64,000 bases of DNA from the human T2T-CHM13v2.0 reference genome, Homo sapiens, in assembly GCF_009914755.1 (NCBI RefSeq), contig NC_060931.1; one strand, written 5' to 3'. The notes beneath the pieces are model-generated. The model was not told where the DNA came from, made no database searches, and saw only the letters and a list, made by a program, of their open reading frames with translations. Both the position numbers and the translations under genes were made by a program. Below, in pieces: positions 32,691 through 45,980 of the stretch. How positions within the stretch are numbered: the first letter of the stretch is position 1; each line of letters opens with the position of its first letter.

Positions 32691-33004
32691 AACCTACATT
32701 TTAAAACACCTTGGGAGCAGAACAGAATTTAGCCAGGTCTCAAACTGTTTGAGTCTCTAAGTGACTTAATGCCATTCACCTGTGTTGTAGGATCTTTTTA
32801 AAACACAGCTAAGTAATAAAGTGCTCCCCAAATTAGGAGGCAATTGCTATACCTTCTGGGGCATTTGCGAAGCTAGAAATGCAAAAACTAACAAAGTACA
32901 TTTCTCCTACCAATTCACCTTGATTCCATTGATTCTTCAGGGACTATCATACGTGTAAAATCGGTTCTCTTTGCTATAGGTTTGTCTTGCAGCAATGAAA
33001 TCAC

Positions 33005-34395
33005 CCTTTTAAAAATTGTGGCCAAAAACACATAACAAAAAATTTATAATCAATCTTTTTAAAGTGTAAAGCACAGTGCTGTTAACTATATGTACATTAT
33101 TGTGTAATGCAGCTCCAGAACTTTTTCATTTTACAAAACTGAAACTTCACATCCATTGAACAAATTCCCTTCTCACCTCCCCAACCCCAGCCTGTGGCAA
33201 CCACTGTCCTACTTTCTGTTCTGAGTTTGACTATTTTAGTCAACTATTTGTCTTTTTGTGACTGCCTTATTTCACTTAGCATAATGTCCTTAGAGTACAT
33301 CATATTGAGGCATATGACATTTCCTCCTTTTATTAAGGCTGAATAATATTCTATTCTACGCATACACCACATTTTCTCTATCCATCCATCTGTTGATGGA
33401 CATTTAGATTGTTTTTACCTTTTGGCTATTGTGAATAATGCTATAATGAACATGGATGTACAAAAATCTCTTTGAGACTCTGCTTTCAATTCTTGAGGAT
33501 ATGTACCTAGAAGTAAAATTGCTGGATTCTATGGTAATTCTATGTTAATTATTTTTGAGGACCTACCAGACCGGTTTCCATAGCAACAGTACCATTTATA
33601 TTAATACCAGCAATGCACAGGGATTCCAGTTTCTGCACACCCCTATCATCCTACTGGGTATGAGGTAATTTCTCATTGTGGTTTTGAATTGCATTTCCCT
33701 AATGATTAGTAATTCATATGCTTCTGGCCATTTGTATATCTTATTTGGAGAAATGTCTATTCAAGTCCTTTGCCTATGTTTTAATTGTATTGTTTGGGCT
33801 TTTGTTGTTCAGTTGTAGTTCTTCATATATTTTGAATATTAACACCTTATCAGATATATACTCTCAAGTATTTTCTCTCATCACATAGTTTGCACTTTTG
33901 CTCTGTTAGATTATTTCTTTGCTGTGCAGTTTTAAAGTTTGATATAGTCCAACCTGTCCGTTTTTGCTTTTGTTGCCTGTGCTTTTAGTGTCATGTCCAA
34001 GAAATCATTGCCAAATCCAATGTCGAGAAGCTTTCTCCCTGTTTTCTTTTAGGAATTTTATAGTTTCAGATCTGATATTAAGATCTTTAATCCATTTTGA
34101 GTTAATTTTTATAGGTGGTATCAGGTAAGGGTCCAACTTCATTCTTTTGCATGTGGTACCCAGTTTTCTCTGCACCATTTATTGAAAAGACTATCATTTC
34201 CCCATTGTGTAGCCTTGGTACCTTCATCAAAGATCATTTGACCATATATAAGAAGGTTTATTTTAGGGCTCTCTGTTGGTCTATATGTCTGTATTTTTGC
34301 CAGCACCATGTGGTTCTGATTGCTGTAGCTTGATGACATGTTTTGAAATCAGAAAGTGTGAGGCCTCCAGCTTTGTTTTCCTTTCTCAAAATGAT
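33005..34395 (-). mobile_element. L1M (L1MB-like) 3' fragment
   Basis: 3'UTR plus ORF2 end ([30 protein letters not shown]). Confidence 0.88.
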
Positions 34396-35571
34396 GTCAT
34401 ACTTTTAACAAGAAAATTGTCTATGAGACAATGTTCTGTGTCAGCTTCTTATCCATTATTTGGCATGTCAGTGACAACTATCCATTGCATAGTGAAGCTG
34501 TGCCATGTTAACAACACACATTGTATAATGAAGCTGTGCAGTGTAACTACATTACAAGCAATAATTCTTATTTGTCTTTGAAATTTTTTGTATAATAAAT
34601 TGTAAAATATTGTTAAGCTGTTGCTGTGACAATAATGAGATGTGACTAAAATGCAATAAAATAAATACCTAACCAATGCATTGAAATGAGTCTTGTCCCC
34701 TTCCAAGAATATGCCTTTTCAAATAATGCCAAAAAAAAAAAAATCCTTTGGAACTTCTCTTTTGTTATAAATCAGCCTCTGATTCAGTCATTGCGCTACT
34801 TTATAAAAGTGGATTCACTACTTTCATTTCTCATGTCATATTTGACTGCAAATGACTTTAGATTGTTGATATATGTCAAATTCTATCTCAAGGTATGAAG
34901 ATGTTCATTACTGAGTAGACTTAGGAAATTACATTGAGATGAAACTCGTTTAGATGCAAATTTTTGACATATTTATTTAAAAATCACTCACATTGCCTGA
35001 CATATACTTATTTATGCGTAGAAAAAATTTTGACTATGAGGCATCTGAGAAAATAAAGAAAACACCAAACAAATAAAACCAGGTATCCACAGAGGTTATC
35101 TATCCATGAATACCTCACATATTCCCTTCTAAATTTTTAGATGTGTCAAATCAGCAGTGTTATTTATTTATATATTAATTTATATTCCCTGTATTCCAAA
35201 AAGGATTTTAAGCAAGGTATAGTTAACTCATTTCAAATCATGGAGATTCTGTAAATCCCAACAGAGAGTGAAATTATTTATCTAATGCTTTTGTATAGAG
35301 ATGAAACATATTATTTATTTCCAATTTTGTTTCCCCTCTGTGTGCAAACTCTCACATAACTGTAAGAATCTGAATTATTACACTTAGTTTTAGTTCAGTA
35401 ACTCTTAAGCTATAATTTGAATAGCCCTGACTCATGTGTCTAGTCCTTTAAGAGAATCATTCAGTGGTAGACAACAGTGTTAATCAATAAACTTGGTTAA
35501 GATACGAAAATTTCACCAGAGATAGGCAATTGGTTATGAGGCTGTGGTCTTCAATATTGATTAGCCCAAGT

Positions 35572-36075
35572 ATTTTTTTATGACTTTACTGAGATATAAT
35601 TCACATTACTGTACAATTGCTCAATTTAAAGTACGCAATTCAGTGTGTTTTAGCGTATTCACAGGGTTGTGCTACCAGCACCATGATCTAATTTGAGAAT
35701 ATTTTTGTATCCCTTAAAAGAAACTCTGTACTCATTTGCTATCCCTTACCAGCCCCAAGCCTCTAGCCCCAGCCTTAAGCAACCACAAACTATTTTCTGT
35801 CTCTGTAGATTTACCTATACTAGACATTTTGTGTAAATGGAATCATGCGGTATGTGGCCTTTCGTGATGACTTCTTTCACTCAGCACAATGTTTTCAAGC
35901 GTCATCCATGTTTTAGTACATGTCAGTACTTCAATTCTTTTTATTGCCAAATATATTCCATTGTATGGATATGCTATGTTTCATTTATTCATCATTTGAT
36001 GGACATTTGTGTTGCTTTTCTTTTTTGGCTATTATGAATAATGTTGCTATGAACATTTCTGTGCATAGCCCAAAG
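35572..36075 (-). mobile_element. L1MB-like 3'UTR fragment
   Basis: ctttactgagatataattcaca...tatgaataatgttgctatgaacatt. Confidence 0.82.
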
Positions 36076-39000
36076 ATTCTTAGTATAAGTGTTTGAGAAT
36101 AAAAATAAAAACCTTATAGAAGTCCTGTTGTCTGACATTGTAAGAAGAACATTATGCTTTAATGGAAAACTATACATTGTTTAGATTACACTCTTCCAGG
36201 TATTCAATTCTAATCTTTCCTTGTTTTTGAGCTATTTTACAGCTCTCTGAATTATAGAGAGCTGATAACAATGCAAAATAATTCCCACGTATAGACCTGT
36301 AAATTCTGTCAGTTGGAGGTTTCCTTGCCTTCCCACCTTCACTGAGGAAGACGCCATTTTTGCTTTCATTTACACCTTCAGTTCAGTATTCCTGACTATA
36401 ACTGTGTCTTTTTTTTTTTTTACGACGTCCATTGATCTGGTTGTAATACCTTGCCAGTTTCCTAATTAATGAGTTAAATAAAATTGTTAGCCTGTTTTCA
36501 TTTTATATATGTATGAGAGTCATGATCTTACCTGTTTTGTTAGAATGATATTTTAGCAACATGCTCAATATTCGACTGACTCCATAATTTCTTTTTCTGC
36601 TGGAAATAGAATTTCAGTGACTCTGAGAAATATCCACCAGTTCTAAACATTTCTGAAATCTCAACAGAGGTAGCTAATATACTACAGTACTTACATATTT
36701 AAATAAATTCTAACTAAGAGACTAACATTTTTCTGAATAGTCTTGAAGTTAGAGGAAAGTTTTGAACAGTGGAACTCAAGAAGACTTCTCAGTTCTTGGA
36801 AATGTGAGTACCACATTTATACATTTTTCTAGCCTACTTGGATCAATGTAGAGAGCTAATCAGGGTAGTAACTATAGAAGCAATGGCTGTCACTATCATC
36901 TTAACCAAAAAGCCAGGAGTAGAGCTTTTTAAGCAAAAACATCAGGGAAGATGGGGTTAGAATGGGTTCTAGTATCTCCTGCTCATAGTCCCATAAGCGT
37001 CTCCATGTATATGAACACCCTACTACACAGGGTCCACCAAATAGTAATACAAGAGTGAGAACTTTAGGTGTACACTAGACGCTAACAACTTACTAGATTT
37101 TAATATCAGTTACATAATCTAGTTAGTGTTCCCTAACATCCATCCTTAGCCCAGCTGCTCAACAGAATCACCTTCAGAGCATTCTGGAGTTTACTAGATC
37201 CTACCCAAGAGATTCTTGTTCAGAAAGGCTGGCATGGGACCCAGGGATCTGAATCTGATTAAGCTCTCTAGGTGATTCTGATTATCACCCAAGGTTTTGA
37301 GTCAGTGAATATGATACTCATAAAAAGGGAAAACTTTTCCAGTTTTGCAATATAATTTATGTGTTTTCTTACACTGCTTTCCAAGCATCTTTTACAAAGA
37401 CAAGGGCAACTAAAATTAATCTTTGGTGCCTAGCACTAGGATGAGGATTTAAATCCAGATAATCAAACTTTCTATGAGCAAGGAACATAGTGGGATTTTA
37501 TTAACTTATTTAATATAAATTATGTAGGCCACAACATTGTTTTTTATTTTAATCTAACCTACATGGCAGTTTCCTTTTTTTTCAAAGTGTAAATCCTGCC
37601 AAGAACTATTCAATATCAATTGCATATTTGATTTTTACAAATTTCATAGGTAATCTTACAAGATAGTACTGTCTACTGGAAGCATGTTGTGTTATTTTTA
37701 TTGATCCCTTGGTCAGTTCTGAATTATATAGTCGTTTTATTTCTTAGACTTTACAACCCAAATATATGGTTAGAATCTTTTAGAGAAGTCATATTCTCCA
37801 TACTTGGGAACAATTTCATTTAAAGCAAAATAAAATCATTGTAATATGCAATAATCTTGTGATTTGAAAATCCCACAGAAGAGATCAGAACAGTTTTAAT
37901 GAGGTGATAATGATGTACAAATATTTTGGAAACTGAGCCTTTCTCTAAATATGGATGTTTCTAGGTCAGTAGTCATCCAAGAGTATCTCAGTGTCAATTT
38001 TAAGCTTAGTGTTAGATTTTTGGAAAATAAAGCTACATCGCATAATAAACGACTATTTATTTATGCATCTAAATGCTTCACTTGGCCTTGGTCCAACTCT
38101 CCTTTGGGTAAGCATGTGGTAGTCTATCATTTGGTATGTTGCTGGCCTTGCTTAATTTTTGAGGCTCTTGAGATGAGTTCAAAAAGCAATAACAAAATAT
38201 GTACGCTTTGCATAAATTACATTATAGTACACTGCACTCACAGACATGTAATTTATTATAAGAAAATGATTCCAGCTACACAAAATAATGTCAGACTAGA
38301 TCGTTAGATTCTAGAACAAAGTGTAATTTAAAAAAATCCATAGACTTTGGTTTCTTTCCCTTTAAAGCTACAACAGGCCAACTTTGCATTCCTCATAAAA
38401 ATGATATCTCGTTTTTCTTTAAAAAAATGATACATTTAAGCTTCTTTTACAATTTTAATTCATATCAATTCCATTTCATTTCACATTAATATGTTTATTT
38501 CTATTTTTGGTATCATCAGATATGAATTTCATGTCCTTTGAGGACGCAGCTAGGTATTGCTTTTAACTGTCCACATGCTGTTTCTGTATTCACAAAATAA
38601 ATATTTAGATTAGCTTTTATGGTTTTTGGTCAAAATTCAATATTGAAAGTAAAAGCATCTTGTCATTTTGCATATACACATATAACCTTGGTGTCCATAG
38701 CTTTCCTTTAAAAGTAACTTGGTATAAGGAAACAAACACTTGGCTTGTAGTCCAGAGAATTATCAGAGGCAAAGGCTGAAGACCTCGATGTGCAGTCCGG
38801 GTTATCCCACGGAATCTGGATCTAATTGATGCCCAAACTGACATCTTGACCTCTCTGTGAAATATCCATGTTCACCAAATAATTGTTAACCCATCATTGT
38901 GTCTGGGATTGCTGTGCTCAGAGAATTCCATGCCAAAGAGCAACTTAAATGTAACAGTGTTTTGTTCAATTAAAAAAAGTAATAACAGGATTCAGATACA

Positions 39001-41519
39001 AGATTTTCCAGACTGTTTATTTCATCTTGTCTATATATATTTTTAGAAATCTAAAATGTTACAATTTGTTTGAAAATTTTTTCTTCTAATAATGCCAAAA
39101 AGCCTTTCTAAAGTATGTGATCCATCCATGCATTTAGAATCTAATAAAAAAATACTAGTTAAGTGATTATAACTTCGTAGTATCATTTACTTAAGGAGAG
39201 TCTAAGACATGCAACATTTCCAGATGTAATCACGATGTTGAGTACCGTCCAGGGACAAGAATGAGAATGCTACCAGCTCAAGATCTGCCTTCTGATGGAT
39301 GGGGATAAGCACTTGTTCATTATTGATCCAACTGAGAAATTTAATGGTGTGCAAACAATGTAAGGGATTGTGATACATTTTCAAACTTTATTTGAAACAA
39401 TGCGTTAAAGTAATGGTAATAAATTACTATGCTGGATGAACATGGATTATGGCTGTTTAAGAACCTATGAAAAATGTACTAGTAACTTCAGAGCAAATTT
39501 ATCATTGAATTATTTCCAAAAGCTGATGACTGCATACACAAATTAAATATTACGATGTTCTTAAAATGCATTCTGTTATAATGTAAATTTTGTATAAAAT
39601 GGGACTATTGTGGACCTCACCAAGAAGGTTTATTACTAGAACTAGATTGAAAATGGAAATAAAGTCACAGAAATCTCCTGTTTAATTGTAGACAAACATG
39701 GATGCTTATTTATTTACTTTAATAGTTAATTCACCAAGGCTAATGCTATGGAATAGAGCTACTTCAAAATAATATGGAACAGAGCCTACTTCGAAATAAT
39801 AGATTATGAATAAATTATTCTGAAGTAAGATCAGCAACATGCCAATTTGAGTTCAGGTGCAACTTGTAGGTGGAGGATTTGCAGACAGAAAACCACAACT
39901 AGAGTCCTGCTAGAGGGGCTAATCTGTTGAAAGAAAAATGAGCTTCTGTAGAAACAAATAAATGCCTCATACTTGTCTTTAAAAGTGTAACATGCACCAC
40001 TACAAAACTGAAAACTAATGGTTATAGCAGCTGTTGTTTCAACCTCAGAAGCTGTGACAGCAATGAAAACATTATACCAATGTCTGGTCCAATAAAACTC
40101 TTGGTTTCCTGTGTTTTGTGTGGGTGGACAAAGTAATAATAGCAAAGAAAGAGAAGTTGTATCACTTTAGCCTAAACACACTGTGTAAATTTGTTGTTGT
40201 TTATTTGTAGAGATAAGATATTAGTAACTTAAAAATGACCTAAAGGAATCCCGAAGAGTTCTACAGTTCATTACTCATGGCAAGTAAAACTAAATACTCA
40301 ACCTTATGAACTTTTAAAGCTGAAAATCCAAGATACTTGTAGAATGGGAAATGGACAGAGATGATGGTTTAAATTTTCAGTGGCATGTCCAAGCCATGAG
40401 TGTAGGTAGAAAGCCATGCTGAATCATTATCAATTTATTGGGGTAGAAATGACACCTTTAATGTTAATTTTATAGCTAACATCACAAAATAAGACTGATC
40501 ATAGATATCTTTGAATCTGAATGTGAGCCTGAGGACTATTTTAGAGAAGTATATTCTACCTCTATGATGGAGTTTGTGTGAAATATTATAAGACTCAAAA
40601 GTAAACTTAAACTTTTATCCTCAAATACAGATATTTATTTTAAAGAGACCTTTAAGAAAATTGAATATCAACATTCAAGACTGAAGTCAACAAAGCATTC
40701 TGTGATACTTACAAATGTGAAATAAGTAGTTATAATTAAACTTTTAATTAAAAAGCTGCCTCGTCACTATCAAAACATTATGCATATCGGTAAGAAAACA
40801 GTGGTATGAATAACATGTCCTTTTACGCTACAATTATGTGTAAAATTACCTACTGAAATTGCTCTCCCATTACTTTGCCTTCTCCATAAAGAAGTTAAGT
40901 CTAGAGACCTTTTAGTTTGTTCTGGTCTTTTCTCTCCCTTCAGGAACTTCCATTAGTACACAACCAGCTAGGTATCTTCCTGTTAGAAATGAAAGTGTGA
41001 TGGGCAGTCTTTAGTACCAGCTTAGCCAGTTTTCCCTAGTCTTAAAATTTGATTCAGGCTTAGTTTGGGCTTAATTTCACAGCTGCACCCAATGATTCAC
41101 ATACACACATGAATAACTTAATTCTTTGAATAGTTCTTAGAATGTCCATCACGAAAACTTAAAAATACATTGAGAAAACCCCTAAAACAATATAGAATAT
41201 ACTTTGTACTTTTTGTTTATCCTCTAACCTTGTGACCACATGGTTAATACTAATCATGGTATTATTGGTTGCAAAGGAAATGAAAATAACAGCCCACAAT
41301 ATTCTATATAATTTATGAAAGGTTAAGGTATCATATATGAAAACTGAGAACTCCCCCACCCCAAACACATTTTGGATTTTTTGCATGTCAGTAATGAAGT
41401 TCACTTTTCACCACCTTTCCAGTTGGAACATATAAAATGTATGACCTCTAATGCCTAATACATTAATGATCTATTGAACTAAGTTAACCCTTATAAAGTT
41501 CATAGAAGTGAAAATGTGG

Positions 41520-41720
41520 TCTAGAACAACACTGTTTGATAGAACTTTCTGTGATGGAAATGTTGCGTATCTACACTGTGCAACAGAGTGGCCACTAGGC
41601 ACATGTAGCCATCAAGCCTTTCAAATGCGGCTTGTGTGACTAAGGAACTGAATTTTAAATTGTATTTAATTTTAATTAAAGTTAAATAGCCGCATGTATT
41701 GGATTAGCAGTCTAATAGAC
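41520..41720. mobile_element. MER3-like hAT MITE
   Basis: atagaactttctgtgatggaaatgtt...gccactaggcacatgtagcc. Confidence 0.7.
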
Positions 41721-43279
41721 CCTTCAAACATTCAAGTAAGTGTTGGAAATGGAAGGTCCATTATAGGAAATCTAGGAATCTTAAATTCTCACCATCGGGT
41801 TTAAAACTCTATCATTCCTTCAGTATGAATTTTTCCAGAAGTTTCAGATTTTCAAAAGATAAAACTCAAACCAACCAAATCCTTTAGGGTGCTTTTCTGT
41901 ATGAATCATCTTTCTGCAAAGAGGTGTAAGACTGTCTTTATTGCCAACTCTGCCCCCTCTTCTACAGACAGAACTCAGTGATTAGATTCTGCATTTATTT
42001 AGGTTATTCGCCTAAAAAACCTGGTTTCCATACTGCAAATAAATGACAGGAACTTTTCCACTAGATTATCCCAGACAGCACAAATGTTCTTTCCAAAAGT
42101 GGAGCCTGGAACCACAGCCCCCTCACATTGCCTGTTACATCTGTTTATGCTTATAGAAGTGACATCCACTTCGTAGACAGAGAATGCCAATTTCTTGGGA
42201 AAGGACCCAGAATTTGGTGATGCTTAAAGGAAAAAAAAGCCCTTGCTGCTTAAAATTAAAAAATACATAGAACTGAGTATTGAGTAGTTACAAAATCCTT
42301 CTGAAATGAAAAGATTTTGCTCCCAGAGTATATAGAATTTGTGTACGGACTTGCCTGGGTTCATATTCAGCCATAATCATTTACTATTAATAGCCAATAA
42401 AGAAGCGGGTAAGTTACAAAACCTAAACCTTAGTTTTTCCATCAGTGAAATGGGGCTAAAAATAGTTATGTTGGGAAAACTTGTGAAAGACTTTGAAATG
42501 AGCAAAAGATTACTGTTTGTCCTTTCAATGGAATGCTGGATGTTATCTACAGGACTCCGGAGTGTTGTGAAATTTACAGTCGTCTGCACCTTACTTAGAC
42601 TGACTTTCACTAGGCTATTTTACTACTCAGTAAGCTGTAGAAACGTTTGGTAATGTAAATGAGTTTTATCTACAGAATGCAAATTTGTTACTTTACAGAT
42701 ACAACTGGTTACCGCCCTGTAAAGCAGATAATAATAAACATTACATTTCAGTGCTCTATAGAATAGTAAGCAGATTTGCCTCTTCTTGCCTCTATGTCTA
42801 CTCTTCACAGTCTCACGTGAATGGGTTGCAGTATCTTGCTGGGGTTCCCTTCCTAATTAAAAGAGTTATAAAAATTTTGACCAATGTTCATTTTATATTT
42901 CTACCATTGTCATGTTTTTACCTTCTTGAAAAATTATTTTTTAAGAGTTCCTGCTCCCTAGGCTTTTTGGAAGGATTGGTTTAAACATCTGTATTGACAG
43001 TCATGATCAGTTTTATATCTTGCAGGAAGGTGGTAACACTTCCGGTACTTGGGGGTGTAAGAGGGAGTACTGAGCCTTTAGAAAAGGGCGGGGTTCGGGG
43101 GGGAGTGAGCTGAAAAACTCTCCCTAGACAGGAAAGGTAGAAGACCTCCTCATCCCTTTCTCTTTGGCAGTGAGATCTTAAGGTCAAGGTGAGTAGTAGG
43201 CCAGGCGCAGTGGCTTAGGTGAAGGCCACACCAGACTTGGGCCTACGTCTTGGCCTTCCAGGTCAGCAGAGTGGCCTGG

Positions 43280-44535
43280 GACTTGGATGCCTTGGGGTCA
43301 CGGAGTTAACTGCAGACTCAGACTAAGTGGGGCCCCAGCAGCGGTCAGCCCCAGAACCAAGTTCCGGAGCCAACACCCGAACAGGAAGGGGCCTTGCCCC
43401 AGGCCGGAGAGGCCCCTCGCCCACGGCCGAGGGGGTGGGGCGGCCTCGCCTCGGGCCGGTGCTTTTCGCCCTTCCTTGGCCGCCAGAGGCTCCCTCTCTC
43501 TCCCTCTCCCGGGATTTTGCTGCCGGGCTCCCTCTCTCTGCGGCCCTAGAGTTAATCCCATCAGCCGAGGTGAGGCACCTGTTACCCCGGCCTTCCTCAC
43601 CCCCGCGGCCTCTCCTCCATTACACCGCGGCCGCCGAAACGGCCCGGCGTGGCGACCGCACGTGGGCCAAACCCCTTCCCCGGCCGGCACCCCTGGCCCC
43701 AGGCCGGCCCGAGCGTGCGGGCGCGTCGCTGCTCGGGCCGCCGCCCGCCCGCAATGGCGTTGGGGAGCGCAGCGCGCCTCCCGGGGCCGCCCGCCGCGGG
43801 CAGGGAGCGCCTGGGGGCCGACGCGCGAGTGGAAGCGGCCGCCGCAGCCGCCCTACGCGCTGCGCCGTGAGGAGCGGGTTGCGGTGTACCCAGCGGGCCG
43901 GCGCCGAGCCGAGCCGCCGCGTCCACCGTGGGGCGGGGGGCGCCTGCGAGGAGGGGGTGGGAGCCGCGGCGGCCCGACCCTCCCCGCCCGCGGCGCTCCC
44001 GCTCGGGTAAGGGGGAGGCTGAGCGCGGGGCGAGGAGTTGGGGAGGGTGGAGAGGAGGAAAAAATCGGCTTGTACAAAGGCTGAGTTGCAGGCTGGGGGT
44101 GGGGGTGGGTTGTGGTGGAGGAGCAATAGGTTGAAGATCGGAGGCATTATCAGTGGGATCTATTGTTTCCTGGCACATTGGGAGGAAAAACAAAGGGATT
44201 TATTTTCATTACCCTGTAATTTTTTTTCTTTTCTATTTTTTTAAATGTGGCCAGGGAGCTCGTCTCTCTCCGTGTCACAGTGGGATCCGCCTGGCAGCCG
44301 CCGGGAGCTGCAGCCAATGTGTTAGGACTTCAGGTGCTTCTTGGCACAAAGCTAGACTGCGACCTCCTACCATAGCGCTTGGCGTCACCTGCTCTCCCGG
44401 TCCTGCCCCAGGGCCGAGGGATTGCGTCCCGAACCGGGCTTGGGAATCGGCTGCCTCTCAAGTTGGTGTTATTTATGTTTGTCTTTTGTGAGGGCAGGTT
44501 TTGAATCCCCCGGCGGCCCCATCTCCCCCGCCCCC
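43280..44535 (+). promoter_or_regulatory. PPP1R9A: CpG-island promoter and non-coding first-exon region of PPP1R9A
   Basis: Abrupt GC- and CpG-rich block 1.5-2.7 kb upstream of the coding exon; GC boxes; E-box CACGTG 43659; ETS ACTTCCGGT 43038 just upstream; donors GAG|GTGAGG (43570) and CGG|GTAAGG (44007). Confidence 0.9.
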
Positions 44536-45764
44536 GCCTCCTTGGGTTGGAATTGGCGGGGGAGGGAATGGGGGGTGTGTGTAGGGGAGAGGGGAGGGTG
44601 TTTGTGGCTTTAAAAAGAATGGTCAGGGTAAAAGGAGATTGTCGATGCTTTACAAAAAAAGAAAAAAACAGGCACCACACTCCAAAGCCTTTCTTGTTTG
44701 TCTGCATGGGCCATGCATGCGTGCTGGGCCAGGAGCCGAGTTTGGAGACGGTTTAAGTGAAAGTGTGTGCCTCCTCAGCTGATTGTGCGTGAGGGTGATG
44801 TGGCTCGGTCTAATATCAAAACAAAACAAAAATAAAATGAAAAATCTTTAGAACTGCCTGCATTGTCTGCTCCTCAGCATATCTTGAAGTATTTGATTGC
44901 TGGCTTATTGATATAAAATCCTGCTGTGGGCTTAAAGAGACCAGCAAGCATGCATTGCGTTGCGTGTTGAACTGTAGTAAGTTAGAGGCAAGAAAGAATA
45001 AACAAATCAGGGCTGTGAAAAGGGGTGTCACAGTATATTTGCTTTCTGATTGTCACATTCTTACGCATTTATTCCCTTGGTAGTCTGCATCCCACTCCAT
45101 AATTAATAATAACCACTGTTAGGAAACTTCCAAATACTTGTTATAACTGAACTTAGTGAAACTTATTGCTATTCAGGAACTTTTTTTCTCCTTGTTTTGA
45201 TCTGAAATTGCATTAGTATTGCTTTGGGGATGCTGTAGATGAGAACATTGGACCAAAAAAAGTAAAATATGCCGCTGTAGGCATGTTTTGGAGTTTGTAA
45301 ACATAGATTCCAAACTTAATTGTACTTAGAAAGAATAAGTTCTACCTAATTGTGGAGAATCCTAAATGAAGTTGATTTTCTGGACAGTTTGATGATTTCT
45401 TAAAGATCGATGAACTGCTGGTTTCTTTTTAAAGGGCATTCACAAAAGCGACCAAAACTTGGGCTAAAGTATTGCTTTCAAATATACTTATGTGTAGCTT
45501 GTATTTGTGAGTGTGTGTATGTGTTTGTGTGTGTGTGAGATTTTGATAGGTATCTCCAAATTGTGTTTGGAACTTTTTTTTTTTTTTTTTTACCAAAGAC
45601 CAATCAGAATGATAACTTTTTGACTTTTAACTTCCCATTTCAATGAGTAATCTCTTCTGTTTGCCACGTGGCTAAGCCATTTGGAAAAAAAAATGTATGT
45701 TATTTGACTAGACATAAATTCAAATAAGTAAATGAATTCAGAAATTCATTCTTTTCTATTGCAG

Positions 45765-45980
45765 ATGAACCTCTAGTCTTGCTTTGAAAAAATCATTCTG
45801 TGTAACTCTTGACTGTGACTAAGTTCCTAATACACCTGTTGGGACGATCACTGACACCGTATACCATTTGAGAGGTACTTTTCTTGACCCAATACTGGTG
45901 ATTAGAGAAGAGAGGTATCTTGGTTTTTGGTTTTTTTCTTTGATCATTATGAACATTGGCTTTTCACCCCTGAAGTGAAA
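45765..45980 (+). other. PPP1R9A: Probable 5'UTR part of the first coding exon
   Basis: Acceptor ttcattcttttctattgcAG ending at 45764 is the clearest 3' splice site upstream of the ATG. Confidence 0.65.

Noticed and set aside
43199-43216. Alu-start-like 18-mer (GGCCAGGCGCAGTGGCTT) near the promoter
   Set aside because: Too short to distinguish from chance; no further Alu body
43287-44193. Long overlapping ORFs (265, 227, 198 and 175 aa) on both strands
   Set aside because: Expected in a stop-poor CpG island; Arg/Pro/Gly/Ala-rich low complexity with no recognisable domain
43280-44535. Imprinting control region
   Set aside because: No tandem repeats or evident TGCCGC (ZFP57) cluster seen by eye; methylation cannot be read from sequence
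45927-45980. 18-aa N-terminal extension in the ORF track
   Set aside because: Starts at TTG; the neurabin-1 sequence I recognise begins at ATG 45981
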